64,000 nucleotides of DNA from Octopus bimaculoides (GCF_001194135.2 NC_069001.1:12463444-12527443); one strand, 5' to 3'; shown: positions 12,780-27,829, counted from the stretch's first letter. Numbers and translations are program-made. The notes: generated by a model not told the origin, from the sequence alone.

Positions 12780-12960
12780 AACAATTTAGGAGAAGAGTTA
12801 AGTTATTGCATCGACCCCTGTGCTATCTTTTTATTTCAAACACTCCAAAAGGTTGAAATAAAAATTCAGCGTCAGCGTAACTTGAACTCAGATCGTAAAG
12901 ATGGACAAAACGCCGCGAATCATTTTGCCCGCTGCAGTAACGATTCTACCAGCACGTCGC
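12780..12960 (-). mobile_element. Degenerate SINE (family B)
   Basis: atcgacccc...ttgaactcagatcgtaaag...cgattctaccagcacgtcgc resembles family B. Confidence 0.6.
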
Positions 12961-13122
12961 TTCTATGCATATATACATATAGATATAGATGTGTGTGTGT
13001 GTGTGTGTGTACATGTCTATGTATGTATGCATTTATGTATATAGATATATGTCTATATATATATATATATATATACCATCATTTACTTACTTATATATAT
13101 ATATACCCTCCAATCTTTGAAA

Positions 13123-13300
13123 GTGCATGGCTTAGTGGGGAGAGTGTTACACTAACGATTGCGAGATCTTGGTTTCGATTCCCAGACTGGGCATTGCGTT
13201 GGGTTCCTAAGTAATTTCATGTCACTCTGCGTGATTTCGTCATCGGACATGTGGCATACGGTGCACTAGTACCACTGATGTCGATTTGATGGGAGGAAAA
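13123..13300 (+). mobile_element. tRNA-derived SINE (family C)
   Basis: A-box tggcttagtgg and B-box ggtttcgattcc; similar heads at about 20995 and 51138. Confidence 0.65.
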
Positions 13301-13599
13301 ATTGCCGAGCCCTCATACGTCGTCTAACGACGTGATGAGAGTCCGTGATATATACCCTTCATATACACACTCGAGAGAGCAGATATGTCAGCTTTCAAAA
13401 TTATTTGCCTCAAGACTTGTTGCAGAGGGACTTCTGACTCTCAAATAGCGAAAGAGAAGTTAAATGTATAAACAATTGTTTTGTATTGTTTCGTATAACT
13501 GGTATTGCTTCGGCTTAAAATAAAAACTACTATATACATTTCTGCACACGCTCGCTCGGGCACACACATATGCATACATATGTACACACAACCACGCAC

Positions 13600-13633
<34 letters not shown>

Positions 13634-13743
13634 GCACACATACACATACGCACACACACACACATTAATATACATATGAAGGTAGCTTGGTATTAAGAAA
13701 GACAGGTACATAAAGAGATGAAAAGATACTGCATGTATATATA

Positions 13744-13793
<50 letters not shown>

Positions 13794-14308
13794 ATGAATG
13801 CTTATATAAAAAGTATATAAATATAAATCTATAAATATATCTAAGCATGAACATATATATGTATAGTAATAATATGCGTATATACATACATACATACATA
13901 TCTATATGTCACGTTTATACGAACTCATATATCTCAATATCGCATTATATGAGATAGAGTAAGAACATATATGTTTGTGTATAGATTTACCTATCAAAAT
14001 CCTATTCTTCCTACACAAAAGAATGATACCTGTCAGTTATAAAAACTCATGATCAATCAAATCCTATCTCTGCACTTTACGCATGCGCAATCCGCACTCC
14101 ATTAGATATCATAAACCGACAAAATAATAAATCTGGTTCTCTGATCTCAGTTACCCTCCGTTCTAAAAATGTTTATGCTTATGTGTAACATGACTGGATG
14201 AAAACAATCTCCTACATACAGTGCCACTATTGCACAATGTAGATTTTCTGAATTTTCTGATTTATTCATACCCAGGCATACGTATACGCAGACACCAATT
14301 ATACATAA

Positions 14309-14384
<76 letters not shown>

Positions 14385-14558
14385 ACGTGTATGTTTGTGT
14401 GTGTGCATGCGTGTGTGCGTATATATACATGCGTGTGTACATACACATATAAATGTATATATTTGTATATATACACACAGATACATACATCATGCATACA
14501 TACAAATATATATATATATATGTGTGTATGTATACATATCTATACATCTTCGCATGTC

Positions 14559-14602
<44 letters not shown>

Positions 14603-14642
14603 TTATCTGTCTCTGTCCGTGTCTAGAACTCTGTATATATGT

Positions 14643-14679
<37 letters not shown>

Positions 14680-16199
14680 CATAAATACATACACATAGAC
14701 ATATATACAAACATACCTACACACATATACAAACATATATTTATGTGTATGTTTTTTTATGTATATATAAACTTACAAATATATATGCGTGTGTATTTTT
14801 GTTAGTTTTTATCCAAGTTTTTCTCTCTTAATAAGATTATGCTTATTTTCTGTACCTAAAGTTCTATATTTTTTGTAAATATATGTTGAGCGAAGTTCTT
14901 TTGTGACAAACTGAATGTCTTTCTCTGTTAGGGGTAGAGAGAATGGGAGAGGGGACAAAGACAGGAGAAAAGCGATAGAGAGAAAAATGAAGCTATTTCG
15001 TAAACGAAATAGACAAATGAGGCTATTTCATAAGCGAAATACAGAAAGATATAGGTAGATAACGAAAGAGAAGTAGAATGCTGGATTGTTAATCTGTTTG
15101 TAGTTTTAGTTTGAATTTGTGCGGCATGGAGTGAAGCAGCCCATAGCTATTTAACGGAGAAGAAATAATTAGATGAGTGGAAATTTTACGAAACGTCATT
15201 TTCAGATGCAATGACGCTTCGTGCTTTAGTATTCAATTGCACGATGTAAAGTGGCTCTGTTGGTAATATATTTTTGTTTATGTCCCATTCAAAACTTTGC
15301 CTTCTCATCGTTTATGTGGGTGTTTTCTATTTTCATGAATTGCATAGAGGTGTTACATCTAAAAGCATCGTGAAAATCGACAGACGGCAGCATGTGTTTC
15401 CCCCAAATGTTTTTTTAATGATCTTGGGAACGTACCTGCAATCCTTTGTAATCAATGAAATTATTCTAAAGAAAGCTTCTTGGTTGCCATATTGAGATGA
15501 GATCTTTTATTTGCTTTCACAATTATTAACCACGTAGTCTCTAACCTCTGTACTGCGAAGAAGTAGACACGAGACCTAAGATTCCTAGCCTGCGCATAAT
15601 CACCTCCCGCTTCAATTGCCGACTGTATGATGATGCATTCAGTACATGTCGCTGCCGCATATACATTAGTTTACTAGTAAGCTAAAGGTACACCGCGGGA
15701 CTGTAATATATCTTTAGAGGTTCTAACAATTTTTTGGTGTTTGTCTGCAGAAGCAGAAGAAAATCGATTGAGATCGCAAGATCAAGACTGAAATGTCATG
15801 AGCTGTGTTACGTCGTAAACTAGGACGCTAGTGTCGGTTGTTAGAAGATCCTGTTTGTAAATCAGTGCGAATTTTAATAGGTTCTCGAACATTAGTGTCC
15901 AGAAAATAGGTGGTGTATCTGCATGATGATCGCAGTGATGTGTACGGGTATAATTCAACATGGGTGGGGGAGGGAGTGTAGTGTCGGGGGAATAGTGAGA
16001 GAGGAGCATTGTGTTTTGGTATAGATTTATGAGTGATGCGTGGTGAGTGATTGGGATTAGGGTATTGTAGTGTGGAGTGAAATAGAGGTGTATGGAGGAA
16101 AAAATGAAGTGGACTGACAAACAGACACACTGATTGCTTTTGTCTTCCGCATTCTGACAACCACAATCACACTGACATATACCCTACACTAGACAGGTG

Positions 16200-16615
16200 T
16201 TCATTTGCATAAAACTACCGTCACGACTATGACCACCACTACCACCACCACCACTACTATTATCAACTCAACCCGTACAAGTATCATATACCGACATCAC
16301 TGTTACCACCATTATCATTATCATCACTAACATCATAACGACCATTATCACCACCAGCACCACCGACCATTATCACCACCACCAATATTAGAACCAGCAT
16401 CACCACCACCAGTACCAATATTACCACCACCAACATGAATACCACTATTACAGTCACCACCACCAGCTTCAACATCAATTCCACTATTATCACCACCAGG
16501 ACCACCACCATTGACACTGCTATTACCACTACTACCAACACCATCAAAACCACTGTTAACATCGTTACCACTGTTACAGCCGTAACTACAACCACCACCA
16601 CCACCACCACCACTA
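16200..16615. repeat. Low-complexity (ACC)/(ATC) trinucleotide tract
   Basis: Degenerate accaccacc/atcatc runs; similar tracts at 40660-41000 and 48640-48835. Confidence 0.85.
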
Positions 16616-16870
16616 TCCCAATGCCATTCCTGTTGTGCTTTCATTCTTACACAGAACTGTTAAACGCTAATCCAAATGTAATTGGTTCTCTGCAAAACAA
16701 TAATGTAATTGCAGAAAGTAATTTCGGAAAAAGTTTTCCTAATTACGTCAACAGTTCTTAATGAAGTTTTGTAATGACATTGGGACCCTTGTGAGACAAA
16801 TCAAATTAATTAGGTGAGAGGAAAAGTTCTCTTTTCAAATATCTACACATCACCAAATCTACAGAGACTG

Positions 16871-16901
<31 letters not shown>

Positions 16902-17010
16902 GTATGTATGTATATGTATACATATATATATATATATATACACTTATATATACATATATATATACATATATAAATATACATACACATATATAAATATACA
17001 TACACATATA

Positions 17011-17160
17011 TATACATATAAATATACATGCACATATATATACATATATAAATATACATGCACATATATATACATATATAAATATACATGCACATATATA
17101 TACATATATAAATATACATGCACATATATATACATATATAAATATACATACACATATACA
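17011..17160. repeat. 30-bp minisatellite
   Basis: Unit tacatatataaatatacatgcacatatata, three exact copies at 17041-17130 plus flanking variants. Confidence 0.9.
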
Positions 17161-17219
17161 CATACATACATATACACATATATATATATACGAATGTATA
17201 TACGTACATATATATCTGC

Positions 17220-17473
<254 letters not shown>

Positions 17474-17848
17474 GATGCATTCATATATATATATATATAG
17501 AGAGAGAGAGGTAGATGCATTCATATATATATATATATATATATACATAGATACATACATATATGTATGTATATATACATATAATATTGCATGTGCGTGT
17601 GCGTGTATATGCATTCACATATACATGTGCATACTTATGTATCAAAAAGCATGTAAGTCCTCATGCATTACATCTATAACAACGCTATGGTATAGGTGCA
17701 CGCCACATGAAACAAACCCTCACACATGTGCACATATACACATGTGTATATTAATATACATTAATTTGCATATATAGACTTATTCCTATATATGTAGAAA
17801 CATATTTTTATATACATATATACTTGCATACATACATACATACATCAA

Positions 17849-17889
<41 letters not shown>

Positions 17890-17899
17890 NNNNNNNNNN

Positions 17900-17939
<40 letters not shown>

Positions 17940-18668
17940 ACATACATACAGACATTCAGACAGGCAGCCATACATACACACAGAAGGAAACAACCATCTC
18001 TTTTGGCCATATTGCGCACTTAGGCCTATGTTAATTATGTAAGTAAACGCATTTCAAAAAGCAATTTTCTAATTGTGTATTTTGTATATTTATATAAAAT
18101 TAAGACACGTTCACAATTCAATTTTACTTGCAGTTTACTTTACTTAAACTTTTAATTCACTGTTCATTATTTCTCACTCAAACTTGGCTATTAATATCTA
18201 ATCTATATTGCTTCACACTTTACAGTGAAACTTTCCAAACTAGAAATACATTTTTAACACCTTTGTTACTCTATACATTTATCTGATATATGAATAGATA
18301 GGCATAGTTGTGGGATTCAGAATTTCACTCTGAAATTACTTTAGCTTCGAATTTAGTGGCACCATGAGCGCGGAAAGTGTACTGCGACTGAGAACCAAAT
18401 CATATCTTGATGTGAGAAATTGGTGGACGCGAAAACATAGGTCATTTTCTTACAGCCGAAAACATTTGACAAATTCTTCCTCAGTTTCAGCTACCATTCA
18501 TCAGAGAGTCTGCGGAACAATAACATGGCACTCTACGTAGCAGCTTAAGAGTTTTTTTTTTTTTAATCTTTGGCTTTTATAAAAGAATTTTTCCTCCACC
18601 TTTTGTCATTCGTGTATCATTCTTACCAAATTGTTTTGAACCTATGATCTCACTTGTATATAGTGTGT

Positions 18669-18736
18669 GTGAGTGAGTGAGTGAGTGAGTGAGTGAGTGA
18701 GTGAGTGAGTGAGTGAGTGAGTGAGTGAGTGAGTGA
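18669..18736. repeat. (GAGT)n microsatellite
   Basis: Pure run; a second one lies at about 42664-42731. Confidence 0.95.
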
Positions 18737-19070
18737 GAGAGAGAGTGTGTGTTTGTATGTGTTTGTGTGTGCGTTGGGGGTTATCATCTACGATGTGAAA
18801 ACAGTGAGTGTTTTCTTATTTCTCCGTCAGGCAAAAGACGCGGGTACAACTACCACCAGACTTATATTTCATTTGTCTTAGTACATTTAACGGATGAACT
18901 TCAATACGATCGCAGAATATTTTCATGTGCACGAGTATGAGTGCGTGTGTAGGTACCTTTCTTTTGTGTGTGGTACGGGCATGTGTTTGTCTTCGTTGTC
19001 TATTTGGAAACGTGTGAAGTTTTCTCCAGCGTATCCGTTCTATAGAGGCTCGGCAACATAACAGGATACG

Positions 19071-19265
19071 GGCGGCGAGCTGGCAGAATCGTTAGCACGC
19101 TGGGCGAAATGCTTAGCGGTATTTCGTCTGCCGTTACGTTTTGAGTTCAAGTTTCACCGAGGTTGACTTCGCCTTTCATCCTTTTGGGGTCGATTGAATA
19201 AGTACCAGACGTAAATTCAATATGGCGGTCGGTTCGATCGAGTAAAACCCTTTAAACTCGTGCTC
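19071..19265 (+). mobile_element. tRNA-derived SINE (family B)
   Basis: GGCGGCGAGCTGGCAGAATCGTTAGCACGC...GAGTTCAAG...GGGGTCGATTGAATAAGTACCAG. Confidence 0.9.
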
Positions 19266-19329
19266 CTGCATGGCAGCTGTCCCATTTCATAGTTGTGAGG
19301 AAATAATAGAACAGAAAATTATAAGCATA

Positions 19330-19740
19330 TGTCAGCACCCATTAGTCGGGTACCCTTACTATACCTAAGACTCAGCTTGCCAGCACTTTCCAGTTCCGTC
19401 TGTGTTATGATGCCTTCATACAATCAACAAAGCACGACTCCAACCCATTTCTTGACGGTTAATTACTCTCTTCTCCTCAACAACTCATGTGAGGATGCTC
19501 TTAGTCAGTAAATTATGGGGCAGTGTATGTTCAACAGTTGATTCCTTTGTAGACTTGCTTCTCAATATTAAGTGTTTTTGGATTTTTCAGCTGCAAACTT
19601 GTTATCGTCTCTTTCCAGCCTATCCTGCCCAATCTACAAAAGATTCATATCTCCTAAGCATCTGTTTCCTTCTCTGTTGCTCTGTACATTGTCCAACTAT
19701 CAGCTTCGTACAAGATGCATTATTATGTCTTTTGAGCTGT
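19330..19740 (-). mobile_element. RTE-clade LINE 3' fragment
   Basis: Minus translation with lesions LYEADSWTMYRATEKETDA*EI*IFCRLGRIGWKE...HTLPHNLLTKSILT*VVEEKR matches the RTE ORF C-terminus (LYGxExWT...RIxW). Confidence 0.7.
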
Positions 19741-20184
19741 AGATTTATTTCATTCTTATAAATGCTATCGGCATATTAATAAGCCGATAGAAATAAATAA
19801 CATGTGACTATATTGCTTCTGTGTAGAAAGTCATTTTAACAGACCACACTCCAAGCCATAATTCGTAATTTTCAATATTAAAGCGCGTTTTAAACTCTCA
19901 AATATACTTATAGTAACAACAGCAGCAGCAACAGCCGTAAAGGTGAGAGGAAAAATAATATTAATATAATAAGGAAAATTCATGTATGTAAATATATAAA
20001 TATGATTGCTAAAATGCCTACCAGACCAACAAATATTTAATTAAAACAATTTATCTCAGACGTTGGTCTTCGATTATTTTATATTTTCTGTTCTGCGACT
20101 GGCTTGTTTCAACTTAATGTTTTATAGACGAGTTGGCTTTTCAGAAAATAAGCAAGAGACATAAGAACACACACACACACACAC

Positions 20185-20230
<46 letters not shown>

Positions 20231-21816
20231 AATGCATATAACTTTTACACATATCCATACGTCCGTATATATATATTCTGTTCGGACAAGAAATTTATTC
20301 GTTCGCCCCAATTACAATATTGCTATTCGTTTTCTTGGCACTAGTGCATTTTTTCAAAGCAAGCATAGAACTCAACACAATAGACAAATGGATGGCCATA
20401 TCTGGAAAATGAATTGTATTTAGTTTTAATGTTGCTCACACATACATACATTTATAATCTTTTACATTACAAAATGATATGACATCTTGACGTACCTAGA
20501 TGTGGTACGAGAGAAAGAGACTTCTACGTTCAGTCAAAAATGGAATATTTTGCAATGTCTGTAAACCCATTGGATATACATATATATACAAGATGAAAGC
20601 TAAACAGCTTTTATTTTGTGGTTAGTCTATATTCTCTTATGTCTGTTTTAGCATTGTGTAGTAATACCAAAATTTCATCTATTATATATTACCTAGATCA
20701 CTGTAGGTCACTATTTAGGTTGTTTCCGTTATATACAATAGATTTTTCCGGGGTTTTTTGGTTTGTTATCTGTAGTAATTCACTGAGATTTTGTGTACAA
20801 GCAGCGAGAACACACAAGGAATTATTGTATTGCCTTTCTAACAGTTGAAGTCGTGTTGTTTGCGACATTCATATTCTTAAATCAAATTTGCAAGTCCCAT
20901 TCTCTTATTACAATGTTTGAAAAAAGCCTGCCGATTTTCGGCTAGCTAGGCTATTGAAAATAGAATTTTAAATCTCTCATTGCATATTAGTGCTTTTGTG
21001 AAGTTGGGTGTCGTTATGATTGGGACAATGTAAAGCCCACGATCACAAGATCATGGTTTCAATTTTCAGATCGGATGAGTAAATCGATTCATTTCACGTT
21101 TTTCTAGTCCAGACTTTCGTTTCCATTCATTACAGATGTGACTTCGGTCCCTTATCCACTATAGAAATCGAATAACTGGCACTTAGATTCCCATGAACCG
21201 AGACAACAATGTCCAAACTCACTTAATTTAAATTTCTTTCATACTTAAGGTCTTTGTGCTGTTTTATAAAACGATATTCCTGTCATTTTATTGTCGTTTG
21301 ATAGCTGTTTAGGACAAGTTTATACAATTGTGCTAATTAATTTAGTACGATATCGTATATTACTAACAATGTGTAAATTTATTCTGCAGTTATTATTTAC
21401 TGAATTCATATCAGAGATTTTAAATATCGCTTGTTTATATTGTTATTTTCATTGACAGAATGCCTGACGTGTTGATTGCGTTGAATTTCTACGTGTATAA
21501 TTCGTTGGCTTCGTCTGGGAATTTATTTCTGTAAATATTGTTGATCAGTATTTGTCTAACTGGAAAGGTTTCTTTATCTTGAGCTATATGTGTGGAGGAG
21601 AAGCTAACTGCTTTAGTAAGTTAATACTTTTATCATACAAATACATTATGTGTGTGGAGAAACATGACAGGCATTGATAGTGGATTTGGAAGTCAAACTA
21701 AAAATGAAAAAAAAATAAAAAATAAAAACTAACAGACAGAATAACTCTTGCTGAAAATATGTGTGAATATTGAAAGCAAATCTTTAGGTAAAATTCTTCT
21801 CGATATATATATTTCT

Positions 21817-21851
<35 letters not shown>

Positions 21852-22091
21852 NNNNNNNNNNNNNNNNNNNNNNNNNNNNNNNNNNNNNNNNNNNNNNNNN
21901 NNNTGTATATATACACATATACGTGTGTGTGTATGTATATATACATTAATATATGTGAATATATATATATATATATATATATACACGTATGTATATATGT
22001 ATATATACATTAATATATATGAATATATATATATATATATATATACACGTATGTATATATATATATATACATATATATACACACACGTATG

Positions 22092-22127
<36 letters not shown>

Positions 22128-22393
22128 TATATACATACACACGAATACATTTACACATACATAGATATGTATATCATTGGAAATAAAAAAAAATGAAATT
22201 TTAATTATAGTTATGCACATACACTTATCTATACATGTATGTATGTATTAATGTATCTCTCTCTATATGTGCGTATGTTCATACATACATATATAGATAG
22301 ACAGATGGATAGATAGATAGATAGATAGATATCTACATACATACATATGAATAACCATACACACAGACAAACACGCACACACTCAAACGCGCA

Positions 22394-22441
<48 letters not shown>

Positions 22442-23783
22442 GGTGTGTATACATATGTATATACACTTCACAAGACCAAGATCGACATTTCAGTGCATCA
22501 GTTCTATCACTGCTATGTGCAGGTGCAAAATATAATTGCTTAACTCTGCACTACCCGCTTAAATTTAGTTGAGCTCATCTTCTGAGTTACTCGCACCTCC
22601 CCTACCATTTTTATTACCACCACCAGCACAACCACCACCTCCAAAACCAATACTGTTAACAATACTATTTTCAGTGCTATTGTTTTCGTGATTCATATAT
22701 TTCCGGGGTTTTATTTATTTTTGTTACTTTTCTTCTCTTCTTCTGCTTACGTTTACGGAATTTTCGTTTAATATTTATGTGTAGGAAATGGTGCGATGGT
22801 TTCTTTTGTTTTTGTATTGTTTTATTGTTATTATGATTTTTGCAGCTTTTCTTTTTGTTTGTAGGTTAGCCACATTAGTGTAGTAGACTCCGCTCACTTT
22901 ACTATTTCGGTAAAAGAATGATAATTCGAACTTCCTTTGTTTATATCTATGGTAGAAGAAGAAGAAGAAGAAGAAGAAGAAGAAGAAGCAGCAGCATTAT
23001 AATAATGACGATTAGAATAAAATACTACCCAAAACAAAATGTCTGCTCTAGTTATATTATTCTCAATGTTTCTTTTCAATCTCTTTTTATGAACGTTTCC
23101 ATGTTCACATTCGTAACATTATTTCCTATTTAATTTAGTTTAGTATTCAATTTTTTTCCCCCCAAAACAATATGGTTACTTCTTCGAAAATCGCTTGTTT
23201 AGAAGTATGTAACTATTTTCAACAGAATTAAAATATTTCAGGGTGTTACATATTGTGTATTTTTAGTTTTACTATTTGTAATATTCTGCGAATATTATTA
23301 TTATTGGTGTGGTTGTTTTGTTGATGTTTTTCTTGGTTTTGTTATTGTTCTTGTCTTTGTTGAGGATGATGGTGCTGTTATTATTCATATTCACACAGCA
23401 GATTAGACTGTGGGAAAGAAAATTCCTAACATCGAGTTCCAACGATTAACCTCAGAAGTAAAATCACCCTCCTAAATATCCTAGCTCTTTTTAATAACAT
23501 TGTTTTCTCTGAGCTGTACCCTACTTCCTCCTCTTTACTCTATTATCTGCTGATGCTGTATTAGTATAACAACTGTTATCAGTCTGCAACTTTACCGAAC
23601 GAATGCCGGGCGAGAACCCCTTCCCTTAAAGGCCCAACAACATTTTTGCTGTTATACCAGAGGTTCGACGTAAACTCTTCTCTCATAAACTGAGATAAGG
23701 TAACGGTCGTCAGGATCATCACCACTTATTATTATTATTATTATTATTATTGTTATTATTGTTATTATTATTATTATTATTAA

Positions 23784-23990
23784 GGCGGCGAGGTGGGAGA
23801 ATCGTTAGGACGTCGGACAAGATGCTTTGCGGCATACTGTCCGCATTGACATTCTTAGTTCAAATTCCGCCGAGGTCGAAATTGCCTTTCATCTTTTTGG
23901 GATAAAAGAAATACCAGCTGAATACTGTGGTCGATATATTCGACTAGTCTCTTACCCCAAATTTCATGCCCTGTGCCTTCAGTAGAAAGA
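23784..23990 (+). mobile_element. tRNA-derived SINE (family B) after a (TTA)n tract
   Basis: GGCGGCGAGGTGGGAGAATCGTTAG...AGTTCAAATTCCGCCGAGGTCG. Confidence 0.85.
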
Positions 23991-23994
23991 ATTG

Positions 23995-24038
<44 letters not shown>

Positions 24039-24958
24039 ATATTTATCATTGTTATAATGATCTCCATTATAAGTAGTAGTAGTAGTAGTATTTCTTTGGT
24101 TATTTTTAGATTGACGAATCCATCCGGAATATAAAATATATTATACACGGAATATAAAATATTATAATACTATACACGGCTATGATTTGTTTTCTGTTTA
24201 TGTGTATGTGTATGTGTGTGTGTGTTTGTTTGTCTGTGGGGGGAGGGGTGCGTGTGTGTGCACGCGCGTGTGTGCCTGATTTGTTTCTGTATTGATTTTT
24301 CAGCGGGGTTTCATATTGGATCCTTGAATTTGCAAATCTTCAGTCAAAGACAATTTCAAAATGGCTGCCTTGGCTACATTAGTATATTTATATACACATT
24401 GCGAAGTATGTTATTACGTAAGAAGATAAAAATTTATTTATGATTAAGTATCCAAGTTTCTGTTGCAAATCTACGACTACTGCCCGAGCTACGTTTACAA
24501 TAAATATTCGTACGTTTAAAATCCAAACATTCAAAGGAATACTTGCTTGCGCTTCATATATCTAATCGAATATCGATTATATATTAATATATATCTATAA
24601 TCATGAGGTCAATAGGAACAAAAGATAGATCACTTTCTTTTTCGGAATGGTTTTAAAATACTTGCTTTAGTTTCGTATATCTGATCGAATAATCGATTAT
24701 ATATATATATATATGATTATGAGGGCAGCAGGAACAAAGGATAAGATCCCTTTATTTTGCGGATTCGTTTTAATCTAAGGTGAGTGAACTTTGTCACTAA
24801 CGCTAGACAGGTCCTGACATAAGACATTCTTTGTCATTGCTTCGATACAGAACTGACTTCAATAGCAAAGTTTGACACACGAATAATGTGACTGAAGTAT
24901 ATTCATTTCCCAGCAGCGGTTTTGCAATATCATTAATATTACTGAGACGCACATACAG

Positions 24959-24963
<5 letters not shown>

Positions 24964-25046
<83 letters not shown>
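24964..25046. repeat. (CT)n microsatellite
   Basis: Pure run. Confidence 0.95.
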
Positions 25047-25047
<1 letters not shown>

Positions 25048-25221
25048 AGTAAGCACATAAATGTGCAACAAGGTGGAAAAAAAGAGTACTCAAATACCAG
25101 TGGTAGAGTAATATGCTTTATTTAAAATCATCACAAATATAACCAAAAGTTGCTACTCCGAGTTTCACGTTCCCGTTCATCGCACAGTTTTGTTAGAAAT
25201 TTCTCCACCTGATATTCTTTC

Positions 25222-25479
25222 TTTTCTTTTACTTGTTTCAGTCATTTGACTGCGGTCATGCTGGAGCACCGCCTTTAGTCGAATCAAATCGACCCCAGGA
25301 CTTATTCATTGTAAGCCTAGTACTTATTCTATCGGTCTCCTTTTGCCGAACCGCTAAGTTACGGGGACCTAAACNNNNNNNNNNTAGAAGACACTTGCCA
25401 AAGGTGCCACGCAGTGGGACTGAACCCGGAACTATGTGGTTGGTAAGCAAGCTACTTACCACACAGCCACTCCTGCGCC
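25222..25479 (-). mobile_element. tRNA-derived SINE (family A), centre collapsed into a gap
   Basis: Reverse complement of the head and tail of the 7344 copy. Confidence 0.9.
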
Positions 25480-26302
25480 TATATATATTATTTCAAATCT
25501 TTTATTTGTTGCGGCCATTGGGTTGATCCCAAACTGCGGTACCATCTTGACTGTTCAGTTTTATCGAATCAACTCAACTCTAGTACTTGTTCCTTCCTTT
25601 TTTTTTTTTTCTTCTCAAGGTTCATAGATAGAAAGATAGCGAAAGAGAAAGATGAAAAGAAAGAGGCACAATTATAATCTAGACATATACCTTTGCGTGT
25701 CTGTGTGTGTGTAAATGTGCTTGTATGTCTGTGTGCGTATACCCACGTTATACACACCTTATAATATATATGCTTATCCGTCTTTTCTATCGATGATTAT
25801 TTGCAAGTGAACACACATATATATCTATGTGTGAATGCGATCTATGTCAATGTATGGTGGCGTTAAGTTTACAGCAATGTGCGATAGTATGCTCGTCTGT
25901 GTGCGTGCATTGTGTTGTTTATAACTGTATTTACTTCGACTACTACAAAAGTGCTCACAGTTTTCCAATATTTAATCAATCTTATACGGACTTTGCTACA
26001 TGGACAATACTTCGTTTGGCGACTTCATCGCCACAACTCTACACATTCACAAATCAAATTAGCCAAATTTTTTCGGTTTTATCTTAACTTATACTTTATG
26101 TATTTGTTTCATTTATCATTAGTTTTATTTTATCTTATATTTGTATTATTCGGTTTTCAGTCGGATGCTTCCCATAGGAAATCAGAGAACGGCACCAATT
26201 TTTTGATTATCAGCTGATCAACGGAACAAACGGCGGTTCTGTTTTCAACTCACACACACATACACACACATATGTATATATAATCTTATATATGTGCATA
26301 TG

Positions 26303-26334
<32 letters not shown>

Positions 26335-26503
26335 ATGTGTGTGTATGTATGATTGTGCGCCTGTATGCATATATATATATACATATATATATTACACATA
26401 TATACATATATATACATCATATATATTATATATACATATACAGACACATACACATACAGATATATGTTCGTGTGTGTACATATACATATATACATATATA
26501 TAT

Positions 26504-26598
<95 letters not shown>

Positions 26599-27561
26599 CA
26601 NNNNNNNNNNNNNNNNNNNNNNNNNNNNNNNNNNNNNNNNNNNNNNNNNNNNNNNNNNNNNNNNNNNNNNNNNNNNNNNNNNNNNNNNNNNNNNNNNNNN
26701 NNNNNNNNNNNNNNNNNNNNNNNNNNNNNNNNNNNNNNNNNNNNNNNNNNNNNNNNNNNNNNNNNNNNNNNNNNNNNNNNNNNNNNNNNNNNNNNNNNNN
26801 NNNNNNNNNNNNNNNNNNNNNNNNNNNNNNNNNNNNNNNNNNNNNNNNNNNNNNNNNNNNNNNNNNNNNNNNNNNNNNNNNNNNNNNNNNNNNNNNNNNN
26901 NNNNNNNNNNNNNNNNNNNNNNNNNNNNNNNNNNNNNNNNNNNNNNNNNNNNNNNNNNNNNNNNNNNNNNNNNNNNNNNNNNNNNNNNNNNNNNNNNNNN
27001 NNNNNNNNNNNNNNNNNNNNNNNNNNNNNNNNNNNNNNNNNNNNNNNNNNNNNNNNNNNNNNNNNNNNNNNNNNNNNNNNNNNNNNNNNNNNNNNNNNNN
27101 NNNNNNNNNNNNNNNNNNNNNNNNNNNNNNNNNNNNNNNNNNNNNNNNNNNNNNNNNNNNNNNNNNNNNNNNNNNNNNNNNNNNNNNNNNNNNNNNNNNN
27201 NNNNNNNNNNNNNNNNNNNNNNNNNNNNNNNNNNNNNNNNNNNNNNNNNNNNNNNNNNNNNNNNNNNNNNNNNNNNNNNNNNNNNNNNNNNNNNNNNNNN
27301 NNNNNNNNNNNNNNNNNNNNNNNNNNNNNNNNNNNNNNNNNNNNNNNNNNNNNNNNNNNNNNNNNNNNNNNNNNNNNNNNNNNNNNNNNNNNNNNNNNNN
27401 NNNNNNNNNNNNNNNNNNNNNNNNNNNNNNNNNNNNNNNNNNNNNNNNNNNNNNNNNNNNNNNNNNNNNNNNNNNNNNNNNNNNNNNNNNNNNNNNNNNN
27501 NNNNNNNNNNNNNNNNNNNNNNNNNNNNNNNNNNNNNNNNNNNNNNNNNNNNNNNNNNNNN

Positions 27562-27607
<46 letters not shown>

Positions 27608-27829
27608 ATATAAGCAAAATGTTGTAGATTAATCTACATCAATGAAAGAGTATACTCCATACAGCTATCGAGCATCAATTTTATTCTAGTAGAATGCACT
27701 ACGAAAAGCATCTTCATCATGGGCCAAAAATCCTCTAACTGTGGTACTTTGATTTACAAACAGAATTGTTTTATTTCTTTTTCCTCTGTGTTATATCGGT
27801 TTATACATTAATTTGCTAATGTTTGAAAA

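Noticed and set aside
16284-16761. Poly-Thr/Val/Gly ORFs that look mucin-like
   Set aside because: Translations of a degenerate (ACC)n tract; also applies to 40661-40912 and 48595-48798.
26286-27632. Long 390-550 aa ORFs here and at 29903-30776, 31825-32423, 38328-39977, 42764-43270, 56557-57682, 58521-59032 and 60084-61145
   Set aside because: Artefacts of N gaps and flanking microsatellites.
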